A DNA stretch of 64,000 bases from NCBI GenBank assembly GCA_009859145.1, contig VRVR01000041.1:207107-271106 (forward strand), in the 5' to 3' direction. The DNA comes from Andalucia godoyi And28 (taxonomy: Eukaryota; Protista; Jakobida). Each line of letters starts with the position of its first letter. Within the stretch, counting starts at the first letter, position 1. This document shows positions 54,701-63,358 of this stretch, piece after piece. Under the pieces are notes generated by a model that saw nothing but the letters and a program-made list of their open reading frames with translations, was not told the DNA's origin and ran no database searches. The translations under genes and the position numbers were made by a program.

Positions 54701-54949
54701 CTCTGCGGGTTTTCATATTGGGTGCTTGCCTTCATTTACACTGCGATACCGAGCACCAGCTTCTACATGGTCATGATCCTGCAGTGTCGCACTGCTGTGT
54801 TTTGGCTCGCATTCTTCTTGATGTTGTGCGTGTGCGTCATTCCAGTCATTGGATGGAAGTACATCAGCTGGATCGTTTGGCCTTCTCCGATTTGGATCGC
54901 GCGATCCTTGTTCCTTCCGCTGTCCAAAATATCTCAAATGTCCGCTTGA
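51794..54949 (+). CDS. P4-type ATPase phospholipid flippase (ALA2/ATP9-like)
   Basis: DGETDLK, PISL, DKTGTLT, SPDEEAL, KGAD, GLRTL, MLTGDK, CCRVSPLQKA, AIGDGGNDVSMIQEAHVG.GISG.EG.QAA. Confidence 0.95.
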   Translation: MKIKPWRAQKIPSGPPTRSISSSNAGMSESCNNRVTNTKYTFLTFLPMNLFEQFSRPINFYFLIISILQLFPQLTPVNPLTTWLPLTFAFMLTAAKEGYDDYQRYKDDKLFNERIFTVISGGSKKDVMSQDIKPGDIVLVNDHDLIPADLILLCSSEPQFQAFIQTMSLDGETDLKSRFAPVGLSAFFDGKEVCESLRSSDLSSKVGLPSSDIYRCDGQLFLENSKFPVTSENVLLQYTNLRNTKWAYGLVVYAGNETKCGMNKRRPPSKNTQDDNFINKLAIGIFIFQLFVAVSFGAVGESLKNTRGRHSFYLAFPSFDPWYERLVIPLRFLLLCSMMIPISLKVTLDLIRYAYSLFIDWDTCMYDAVNNVPAKALSTSLAEDLGRVEWVLTDKTGTLTQNVMRLQSMSVRGTVVAVDPTTAPILDSADAPSAQLLRAFALCNCVVPVKLEDDTIIYKSASPDEEALVAAAASYGVILRERTHNRMVLSVLGVEERYDILETLPFSSVRKRMTIVLKKEGDDAPLVWIKGADDVILPRIVESEKDTCHAETENLHKFALQGLRTLCFGTKTFGRASFKIWHDECKEASLAIQDRDALLTALFERIECDFSLVGSSAIEDELQDGVPETIFCLRKAGLVFWMLTGDKYETALQIAVSCQLFHPSSESMVEICGDDKDSIRRSLSAVEQEYLCSSRLFCLIVRGSTLRVILDDENLIGMFSDLSFHARAVICCRVSPLQKAAIVKLAKVKGKICLAIGDGGNDVSMIQEAHVGVGISGREGLQAARAADYSIGQFRFLSRLILVHGHLSHYRTSFIAQYSFYKSMIIAFVQVLFNCYTMFSGTTFFNSLSLMSYNVVFTFLPAFLFILDQPIPAEVLESNPRLYSSSRNRLSFTIATFFGWVFRAVFQSLVLFFVTISVYSQSYADPVSGSPIDYNSVSMVTFTALVHIQLLTVIVESSHITKFNVGIVLLCGFSYWVLAFIYTAIPSTSFYMVMILQCRTAVFWLAFFLMLCVCVIPVIGWKYISWIVWPSPIWIARSLFLPLSKISQMSA

Positions 54950-54999
54950 GCGGAAAACGACTTTTCGACCATTTGCATTCCCGATTCGTTTTACTTGTT

Positions 55000-57330
55000 T
55001 TATGCCTTGCGGCCTTGAATAATTAGTACAATATACGAAGCTAGCCTCCAAAAGATGCCCAACGCCACTGTCAAACATATATCCATAACGTAGTTGTCAG
55101 GGTTGTATCCGATAAGATCGTATCCACCTTGCAAATTGAAATCGTCCTTGAAGGGAGACACTTCCGTAATGTAGATTGCTTCACCCGCCCATCGAGCATA
55201 CGACAAATCCCACAATCCTTGCAGAAATGAAAAGGACCGACGAACATCCTTCAGCGTCGGGTGGAATCCACAGCACATTGCAAACACGATGGAGGAAACA
55301 ATTGAAATGACCATGGACTTGTCGTCTGAAGTCACCAAGCTGATGAAATACCCCAACCCGCATGCGGCAAATTGCATGACAAAGAATGCCAGAAAGAAGG
55401 AAGCAAAGGAGCCGCTGGGCTGCGCAAACGCCACAAAAACACCGCAAAACAACAGAGTGCTATACAACACAATGGGAATGTCAACAAGGTTTCGCGACAA
55501 AAAGTACGCAAGCGTTGATCTCCCTGTCGAAACTTCACGCTTGATCACGGCTTTTTCTTCGCCAAACACGGACACGGCTCTCGAAATGGCGCCAACTCCG
55601 CAAGCCATGGAAAGGTAGAACACGTTCACCTGCAACACAATCTGTGACAATGGTTCATTCTCGCATCGATCACGGATGATGAACGGACACTGGTTGCTGG
55701 CGATGGCGCCAGAAACGGGAGGAACAAACATGGTGACTCGGTTGGGACTCGAAGCGCCCCCAATCATAAACCCGCCTAAAAGTTGAATGAACGACGCCAC
55801 AGCGAGTGATCTCAAGTCTCGCAGTGTTTGGACGGCCGTCCTTCTGCAAAATACGAGGACCTGTCGGAGTGTAGACGGAGGAGCCCGGTACGGCAATTGA
55901 GCGGCAGCTACCGCGCTCTCTGGGCGAATACGAGAATTCGCGAACTCGGCATTGTACGAGTGCTCCTTCCAGCTCTGAGCCAACTGTTCCGGAGAAGACG
56001 ACAAACCGTCCGATCGCGACGCCTTGCCACATACGACATCAATCAGGAAGTCTGCGGGATTGCACTTGGGGGGAGGCTGGAAGCCAAGGCCTCGAAAGTA
56101 ATTCACAGCTTCTGACACGGGGCCCGAATATGCCAAGTACCCCCCTTTTGCGAGCAGCACCAGGTCATCAAAGCAGAAGAAAGTTTCGGTTCGGGGTTGA
56201 TGGATGACGGCGACAACAAGGCGTCCCACAGCCGCAATGCCTTGCAGCGCTTCGGAGACTTCCTGCGCACAGGTGGCGTCAAGACCGCTTGTAGGCTCAT
56301 CCAGCAGAAGAATCGGATTCAGCCCGACTAATTCAATGCCAATGTTGACACGTTTTCGCTGACCTCCAGAAATGCCACGCTGAATTTCTGGATCCCCAAT
56401 GATGACATGACGGACGTGCCACAAATGCAGTTCTCGCAGTGTATCATTGACAATTTGCTCGCGCTCTGCCGTAGAATACTCATCAGACAACCTGTAAGCT
56501 GAGCAGTACAACAGCGTTTCTTTGGGAGTCAACGTCCGAATCATCGTATCTACTTGCGGAACAAATCCAATGCACCGAACATCTTTGGACTTCATGGCAG
56601 ACACATCAGTCCCATTCACAAATATTTTTCCAGATTCCGGCTTCAGCCGGCCAAGAATGGCATTCAGCACTGTGGTTTTTCCACTGCCTGACGGCCCCAT
56701 GATGCATGTGCAGCGCTTGCCCTTGAACTCCGTTGAAAAATCCGTCAGGATCCGCTTTCCTTCAATTGAAATATTCACGCCCTCCATCTGGACCGTCAAG
56801 CCTTGAAGGGCGGGATCCTCTACAGTTTCAACAAGAGGATCGGCCGATTCAAAATACTGAGACTGTGTGCGTCTTGTGTCGCGCTCTCCGCGCTTACGAT
56901 CCCGGATTCTCACATACGACTTGAACGCGATTAGGAAGATCGTGGGAATTAAAATTCCCAGAACGAGTCCCATGTACTGAAACTGCGTTCCGGCCCCCGA
57001 GGGACAGAGCGAAAAAGGTGCACAAGAGCGCGGAGACGATGTCCCACGAGGGCAAAAGTGACCAGACGGGCAGTCATGTTTTTCGACTGGCGATGGGCAG
57101 TAGTAGCCTTTCGGGCACAGATCTGCCTGGTGCCCCGATATAATCACCCCGGTAGTGGTTGCATTGAAGCCAGGGCAGTACAGGCCATCGGTACAATCAT
57201 CTTGCAAACCAGAGCAAACTTGTTGGCCATAGCAATCCATTCCGCCTGGGCAGACATATGGATCTCCATTGACCCGGAAAACAGGAAGCATCAAAGCCAC
57301 GCAGGCCAAACAATACAACAACGAAGACAT
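55000..57330 (-). CDS. ABCG half-transporter A with signal peptide and Cys-rich ectodomain
   Basis: Signal peptide, CP.GYYCP repeats, TM, Walker A GPSGSGKTT, signature ISGGQRKR, Walker B LLLDEPTSGLD, H-loop IHQPR, C-terminal TMD. Confidence 0.93.
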   Translation of the reverse strand: MSSLLYCLACVALMLPVFRVNGDPYVCPGGMDCYGQQVCSGLQDDCTDGLYCPGFNATTTGVIISGHQADLCPKGYYCPSPVEKHDCPSGHFCPRGTSSPRSCAPFSLCPSGAGTQFQYMGLVLGILIPTIFLIAFKSYVRIRDRKRGERDTRRTQSQYFESADPLVETVEDPALQGLTVQMEGVNISIEGKRILTDFSTEFKGKRCTCIMGPSGSGKTTVLNAILGRLKPESGKIFVNGTDVSAMKSKDVRCIGFVPQVDTMIRTLTPKETLLYCSAYRLSDEYSTAEREQIVNDTLRELHLWHVRHVIIGDPEIQRGISGGQRKRVNIGIELVGLNPILLLDEPTSGLDATCAQEVSEALQGIAAVGRLVVAVIHQPRTETFFCFDDLVLLAKGGYLAYSGPVSEAVNYFRGLGFQPPPKCNPADFLIDVVCGKASRSDGLSSSPEQLAQSWKEHSYNAEFANSRIRPESAVAAAQLPYRAPPSTLRQVLVFCRRTAVQTLRDLRSLAVASFIQLLGGFMIGGASSPNRVTMFVPPVSGAIASNQCPFIIRDRCENEPLSQIVLQVNVFYLSMACGVGAISRAVSVFGEEKAVIKREVSTGRSTLAYFLSRNLVDIPIVLYSTLLFCGVFVAFAQPSGSFASFFLAFFVMQFAACGLGYFISLVTSDDKSMVISIVSSIVFAMCCGFHPTLKDVRRSFSFLQGLWDLSYARWAGEAIYITEVSPFKDDFNLQGGYDLIGYNPDNYVMDICLTVALGIFWRLASYIVLIIQGRKA

Positions 57331-57901
57331 TTTGTCAGGTCATCCACGGATGGGTAGAGAAGGAGAGAACGGAAGAGCACAACGATATCGAAAAATAATC
57401 TAGTCCACAAATTTGAGAAATCCGCGGGAAACAATGGTTGATTGATTTCTCTTGTTTTCCTCTCCCATTTCCACGACGATGATAGTGCAGCTACTACAGC
57501 TGGAACCAAACGTTGCCACAAAAAGCGGGGGAAATTCCCATCGAGTTTTAGTTTATTTTTTTTCTCCGCTAATCACAGCTCAAACAGTATTGTTGCACAG
57601 TAGTGCACCGGATGGCACGTTAGTTGCGCGTGTGGCTGATCAACAAACTTACCGCGATTCATCGCCAAATCCTCCTCGTTTTCACGGAAAGAAACAAGAG
57701 AAAAAGAGAAAAAGAGAAAAAGAGAAAAAAGAAAAAAGAAAAAGAAAAAGGAAAAAGGAAAAAGGAAAAAGAAGGAAGCAAGGAGGAAGTATCGACGACC
57801 ACAAGATTGACAGCGAAGCCTTTGTCCTGCATCGTTTACAAAAAAAGCTGATTGCATCGTGCGCGTGGCAAAAATTTCGTATTCGTCGCATTTTTGGATC
57901 C

Positions 57902-60232
57902 ATGTCCCAGATCGTCTGCCCGCCGGGCAAGTCGTGTGGAAATCTGTACTGCAATGCGACGGGAGTGCTGCCTTGCTTTCCCGGACTTGTCTGTCCGCAA
58001 AACAAGGCTATCATCCCGTGTCCAGATGGTGAATTCTGCCCGGACTATCAAATGACGTCTGGAATCGGCTGCAGATCTGGGTACTGGTGCCCCCAGTACA
58101 GCAAGGACGAGCTTGAATGCAATTTTGGTGCGTACTGTCCAAAGGGCGCAGATCGACAAGTTCAATGGTTCGGTCTGGTGATCGCTGTAGTGGCCATCGT
58201 AGTGATAGCCGTTGCCTACTTGTTTGGAATTCGGATCCGCAATCAGAAACGCACAACGAGAGAACATCGACGAAAAATGCAGACAATTCACCGAACAGGG
58301 AATGGCTCTTCGCTTCCGCTGCGCCCTTACAAGGACGAAGAATCCACCTCCTTGCTGTCGAGCCAACAGGTGTCTGGTGCTCGACGTGGCGTCGAATTCC
58401 GTTTTTCCAACATCCGTTTGGAGATTGGGGAAAAGCAGCCGTGGTGGAAGAGGCTGTTGGGATCGAAAGCGAGCTCCAAAGCGGGAAAGGTCTTGTTGAG
58501 TGACGTATCGGGCGTGATCCGTCCCGGAACATTGACGGGGATTATGGGCCCCTCTGGTGCTGGAAAAACAACACTCATGTCTGTCTTGGCTGGAAAGATT
58601 GAGCATACATCGGGCAAGATGTTTGTGAATGGAACTGCCATCCGGACTGTTGCAGAGCTCAAGCGAATCCGCGGGCCATTTGGATTCGTCCCGCAGGATG
58701 ACGTCATGCACAATGAACTGTCTGTGAAGGAGGTCTTGTTCTACAACGCCCTCCTTCGCCTTCCTCCGTCGATAACGAATACACAATGCGAAAGGACCGT
58801 ACAATCTGTCCTCGGGCAGCTTGAACTGTCAGAGTCTCGCCACAGCATTGTAGGAACTGCCGGGAAAGGGATTCCTTCTTCACAGCGCAAGCGTGTCAAC
58901 ATCGGAATGGAACTCGTGGCGTCCATCGATACCTTGTGGCTTGATGAACCCACCACGGGTCTTGATTCCGCTGCTGCAGAAAGCGTCTGCCGGCATCTCA
59001 AAGACGTGGCACGAAGCGGTGTCACGGTCGCTGCTGTTTTGCACCAGCCCCGCAACGAAATTTTCGGTATGCTCGATCATGTTATCCTTCTTGCCCCCGG
59101 TGGAAAAGTCGCATACGCGGGACCCCCTGGCGGCGTTGAAGGGTATTTGGAATCGCTGGGATGCGTCTGTCCAGAAGAAGTGAATATTTCTGATTACATG
59201 ATGGATGTCATCAGTGGAAAGGTTGGAAACGTTGATCTCGCAGAGAAATGGCGAGAGCGAGAGGGTCCTGCGTACAATGACGTTGATGACACCTATCAGG
59301 GGTCCTCTGTCAATCGTGTGGACGACGTCTCTTCCACTGTGGCAATATCTAATGGCCATCCTTCTTTTGCATTTCAGTTTTGGGTGTTCCTTAGACGAAC
59401 GAGTGTCTTGTACTACCGACTGTGGGACTCGTTTCTTGTGAACGTTGCGATGCGAGTTCTTGCAGGATTGACGGTGGGAATTGCGTTTGCTTCCGGAAAA
59501 GTCTTTGTTCCCCCAATTCCGCTGTTTTACGCACAGTTGAACCTCTGCCCGTCGATTTTGAGCAAGGAATTCTGTCAGATGCCAATTCGGGATAACACTC
59601 CGCCACTGAACGATTACTGTATCATGGCCGTCGGTCTAGTCGCAATGGCGAGTGCTGTGCGCACTTTCGGCAGAGACCGGCTGGTTACATGGAGAGAGTC
59701 TTCGGTGGGCATCAACTGGGTTGCAGTTTCATTCGCAAAGTGGCTGGTGGATGTCCCCATGATCGCCATCTATTCCTTGTGCTTCACTGCTTCCATGTTG
59801 ATTGTGTCTTCTCTAGAAGGTCCTCTTCCCCAGTACTGGCTTGTCTTTTTCTGTATAGAATTCTGTGTGTTTGGGTTCGGCTATTGTTTGTCCGCATGCA
59901 TGCGAGCGAAAAATGCCATTCTTGTTGGTGTGATTGCTGCACTCTCGTTTGTTGTCACCGACGGATCTGCATTTTCCATCCACAGTCTGGGCCCTTTTGC
60001 GTATATTTCGTATCCTCGGTGGGCAGCCGAGGCTATTTTCTTGACTGCCATTCAGTACGATTCGATGACCCCGGAGGACCAGCAGTTGATGCGATACGTC
60101 GTGGATAACTACAAAGGCTGGAACCTCGATAATTACAGTTTAGATATTTTGGCAATGCTCCTCATCGGAATGGTGTTCCGCGTCATCCAGCTGTTTCTAT
60201 TGTGGGTGTGCAACAGGGACAAGCGAAGGTGA
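57902..60232 (+). CDS. ABCG half-transporter B with Cys-rich ectodomain and degenerate signature motif
   Basis: Cys-rich N-terminus, TM, Walker A GPSGAGKTT, signature IPSSQRKR, Walker B WLDEPTTGLD, LHQPR, TMD. Start placed at ATG 57902 (uncertain; no obvious signal peptide). Confidence 0.9.
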   Translation: MSQIVCPPGKSCGNLYCNATGVLPCFPGLVCPQNKAIIPCPDGEFCPDYQMTSGIGCRSGYWCPQYSKDELECNFGAYCPKGADRQVQWFGLVIAVVAIVVIAVAYLFGIRIRNQKRTTREHRRKMQTIHRTGNGSSLPLRPYKDEESTSLLSSQQVSGARRGVEFRFSNIRLEIGEKQPWWKRLLGSKASSKAGKVLLSDVSGVIRPGTLTGIMGPSGAGKTTLMSVLAGKIEHTSGKMFVNGTAIRTVAELKRIRGPFGFVPQDDVMHNELSVKEVLFYNALLRLPPSITNTQCERTVQSVLGQLELSESRHSIVGTAGKGIPSSQRKRVNIGMELVASIDTLWLDEPTTGLDSAAAESVCRHLKDVARSGVTVAAVLHQPRNEIFGMLDHVILLAPGGKVAYAGPPGGVEGYLESLGCVCPEEVNISDYMMDVISGKVGNVDLAEKWREREGPAYNDVDDTYQGSSVNRVDDVSSTVAISNGHPSFAFQFWVFLRRTSVLYYRLWDSFLVNVAMRVLAGLTVGIAFASGKVFVPPIPLFYAQLNLCPSILSKEFCQMPIRDNTPPLNDYCIMAVGLVAMASAVRTFGRDRLVTWRESSVGINWVAVSFAKWLVDVPMIAIYSLCFTASMLIVSSLEGPLPQYWLVFFCIEFCVFGFGYCLSACMRAKNAILVGVIAALSFVVTDGSAFSIHSLGPFAYISYPRWAAEAIFLTAIQYDSMTPEDQQLMRYVVDNYKGWNLDNYSLDILAMLLIGMVFRVIQLFLLWVCNRDKRR

Positions 60233-60404
60233 TTTGTTTCTTGATTTTTTTTATATATTTTATTATTTTTGGCGATGACCATTGATGAGTGTGTTTTCTT
60301 TCTGTCCTTCCCCAGCGCCATTAAAAAAAATAAATAAAAAAAGTGCGCTGTCATCATACTTGTTGCTACAGTGTTTTTTTTAATTAAAATTTATTAAATT
60401 TAAT

Positions 60405-62642
60405 TTATGGATGCTCGTCCTCAAGAAACCGGATATACCGCTCCAGTTGTCGAACCTGGCGGATCACAGAGTTCAGGCCCGACTGCAGGGTCATTTCCAC
60501 AAGAGTCTGGTTTCGAATCCGAGAAATCTTTGGCCATGTCCTTCTTTGCCCTTGGACAGTCCATTTGTGGATGAATTCGTGGGTCGGGTTCGACAGCATG
60601 GCAGCATAATCCCGGAGTCCCTGGCTTTCCGGAGTGATTGTGATGTCCCCTTGATATCTCTGAGAAATGAGAGATTCCAAAAACGAGAGCTTCTGAGGCA
60701 TCATCCCAAGGGCAAAAAACTGCAGGAGCCTGAATTTCAGTTCTCCTAGCATCAGCCACTTGAGCTTTTGGAAGACCCCGAGCTGGCGGGGTGTTCCGAA
60801 ATCAAGCATGTCTATGGTTTCTCTGACACTGTCGGGAATGAAATGATTGTCATCTCTGTCTCCGGCGTGCGGAGTATCGACTAGCCGCAGGAACTGCAGA
60901 GCATGCCAACCCTCAATCAGCACTCGCGAAGCAGCATGCACAGCAAGAAGAAGCAAGCGTCTCAGCAGGACGACCACGAAAAAGCCTGCCGATGCGTTCA
61001 TGGTTTTCCGTCTGAAGTGATCCCTGTCCTGCGTGTGAAACAACAAGAATGGTAGAACATGCGGATTCACCTGCGACACAATAAAATGATTGATATTGAA
61101 CATTTCCGACAGTCTCGCGATGGGCAGGTCCGCTGCAAGAGAGCCGTCCGTCCATCGAACCGACCCTGGGTGCCACGACAGAATTCTTCCGTCCGGGTGT
61201 CTTGCGAGAACCTCCACTGGCTCAAAAACGCCCGGCAAGCTGCACGACGCAGCAGCAGCTGACCACACGAGAACATGCGGCGCAGTCAGATGGTTGAGTA
61301 GGCGAGGGATCTCCGAGCCAGAGGGCGAGCTGACAGTTATGTTCAGGTTGCGACCTGTCCTCTCAAAGGCTTCTGCAAACGTAATGTCGCCGATGTTGAT
61401 GCGGATGACATCAATCAAACGGGAAATATCCATCAGCACGCCTCTCGTCAGCAGTCGCATGAACTTTCTTTGGATCGAGGGTGGCACGCCGAATCTCGGG
61501 GGCGAGGAACTCCCGGGAGAGTCCATCCCAAACGAATACTCGGAGCTGTTCGATGGCTTGGATAACGGCTCGTTTTCAAGTTCTTCGAAGGCATCCAGTC
61601 GGAGAGAAGAGAATCGGTTCGTCTTCATGCTCGGAACATGCTGCGTTCTTGCCATGCTTCCATCAAATGAATCAAACAGCTCTTCCAGTTCAGGATTCGA
61701 TCTGCAGCAAATTAGCGCTGCTATGATCGACCCCACAGAAGAACCCGAGATCGTTTGCGGCAGAACCCCATGTTCAAACAGAGCTTTCAGCACACCCAGA
61801 TGGAAGACACCTAAAGATGCACCACCGCTTAACAGCAACGCCGTCTTTCCGTGCGCGGCAGAGGCTTCACGGAAAAATGCCAACTTTTCCAGCAGCAATG
61901 CGTGGTAGCGCAACAAATTATTCCGCAACACAGTCTTCGTAGCTGGAGACAGCGAGAAAGAATCAACACCGCCATCCGCATCCGATTCCGCGTCCAGATG
62001 CAAGCCTGCGGATTCGCGAGCTAGTCGCCTCAACAGCGCACATACATGTGATATATACAACTCCACCAAGTTTTTTGTTCCGCACCTGGAATGTACATAC
62101 AACTGAGGATTTCCAATGTTCCCGATGTTTCTGTCCAATCCTTCTCGAAGCGAAAACATCAACTGCTTCAGTTCCCTCTCGTCTCGCAGATCTTCCAGCA
62201 CGTCGCTGTAAAACAATCGGAAAGACTCCGTCACACCATAGCTAGTCAGAACGTCGTCTCTGGGGGCCGGGGAAGACGCTCGAGTTGGAGTAGCCTCGAC
62301 TGAAGACAAGCACTCCACACAGTCTGTGTGATCCGGAGCGGCATAGCGACTGAGATCCAGCCGCAGGAACCTCAGCATCAGCAGCCGATGTGCCACAATT
62401 CTGTGATCGAAAAGAACACAAGCATCAAATCGTTTCCACTTGTCCAGACCGTCCATCGCATCCAGCGAGCTGGCATTTTCTCTCCAGTCTTCGAACGATT
62501 TCGCATTTTGCATGCGATAAATGAAGCTCTTTCTCTTATTACTCTCGGATTTCCTGGAATCTGCCAACTCGAAAAGAAATAGCACACACGTCCAGAACAC
62601 TTTGAACGGCAGTGCAAGCACTGAAAACAGACTGGCCATCAT
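60405..62642 (-). CDS. Patatin-like triacylglycerol lipase (SDP1/TGL4-like)
   Basis: N-terminal W...A..LD..DGLDKWK, ALLLSGGASLG..HLGV, GSSVG (GxSxG nucleophile), WTDGS, NHFIVSQVNPH, GDITI.P. Confidence 0.92.
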   Translation of the reverse strand: MMASLFSVLALPFKVFWTCVLFLFELADSRKSESNKRKSFIYRMQNAKSFEDWRENASSLDAMDGLDKWKRFDACVLFDHRIVAHRLLMLRFLRLDLSRYAAPDHTDCVECLSSVEATPTRASSPAPRDDVLTSYGVTESFRLFYSDVLEDLRDERELKQLMFSLREGLDRNIGNIGNPQLYVHSRCGTKNLVELYISHVCALLRRLARESAGLHLDAESDADGGVDSFSLSPATKTVLRNNLLRYHALLLEKLAFFREASAAHGKTALLLSGGASLGVFHLGVLKALFEHGVLPQTISGSSVGSIIAALICCRSNPELEELFDSFDGSMARTQHVPSMKTNRFSSLRLDAFEELENEPLSKPSNSSEYSFGMDSPGSSSPPRFGVPPSIQRKFMRLLTRGVLMDISRLIDVIRINIGDITFAEAFERTGRNLNITVSSPSGSEIPRLLNHLTAPHVLVWSAAAASCSLPGVFEPVEVLARHPDGRILSWHPGSVRWTDGSLAADLPIARLSEMFNINHFIVSQVNPHVLPFLLFHTQDRDHFRRKTMNASAGFFVVVLLRRLLLLAVHAASRVLIEGWHALQFLRLVDTPHAGDRDDNHFIPDSVRETIDMLDFGTPRQLGVFQKLKWLMLGELKFRLLQFFALGMMPQKLSFLESLISQRYQGDITITPESQGLRDYAAMLSNPTHEFIHKWTVQGQRRTWPKISRIRNQTLVEMTLQSGLNSVIRQVRQLERYIRFLEDEHP

Positions 62643-63006
62643 GCCGATCTTCAGACGAATTAATACACAAATACATAATTAAAAAAACGACGGAAATAAT
62701 TGCATCGGAGGGGGGAACGGGAAATTAGAAGAAGTTCCCAAATCCACTGGAAGCAAAAGCCGCCGGACATTTACGGAAAATGGGCCGTCGAAGAACAACA
62801 CGTCACTGTCATGCATACGGGAAGTATCCATAAACAGACATGGTCAATACTGGCTGACACTCGCACGATTGCTTCACAGGAATTCGTGCTTACGCACGCT
62901 CGGCCAGAATTCAGCCGGTGACACAAGCTCCGCATTTTCGACACTCTTTAACGCAGCATCCATAGCCATCTATTCTATCATTCGTTGGTTTCACTTTTTA
63001 ATTCAA

Positions 63007-63358
63007 ATAGGGGCGTGAGTGCGCTGGGACGACGCATTCGCCTACGCCTACGCCGCTCGATACAGGGCCTCCTACGTCCCACAGACCTCCTAAGAGACCA
63101 CGTGTCACTACGCCTGCTGCTAGGGCCGTCAGAACCAAAATGCACCCTTCTCAGGAGCAATGTGTCACACTGAGAAAGTGGCTCGCAGATTGATCGAGAT
63201 TGGGAACGGAGCGCGGAACATTTATCTGAAGAACGCCGTGAGGTGTGTTGGGGCCCTATCCCCTTCGCGGCAACGGGATGCAAGGATTGAGTATGCATGT
63301 CTATTCGTAGATATGCATGGTCAGTGTACAATGCAGGCGTGATCCAATACTGCGTTCA
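63007..63358 (+). mobile_element. Internally deleted Fanzor/IS607-TnpB-type mini-element
   Basis: N-terminal RPPKRPRV (NLS-like) and RAVRTKMHPSQEQCVTLRKWL (IS605-OrfB HTH-like start) joined directly to C-terminal IDRDW[+1 G]NGARNIYLKN (RuvC-III). Ends are approximate. Confidence 0.75.
63240..63358 (+). ncRNA. Candidate omegaRNA scaffold of the Fanzor mini-element
   Basis: 11-bp stem with TTCG tetraloop (63293-63318); GGGG/CCCC stem (63250-63263); GGATTG/TGATCC and GTGTTGG/CCAATAC pairings flanking them. Confidence 0.55.
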
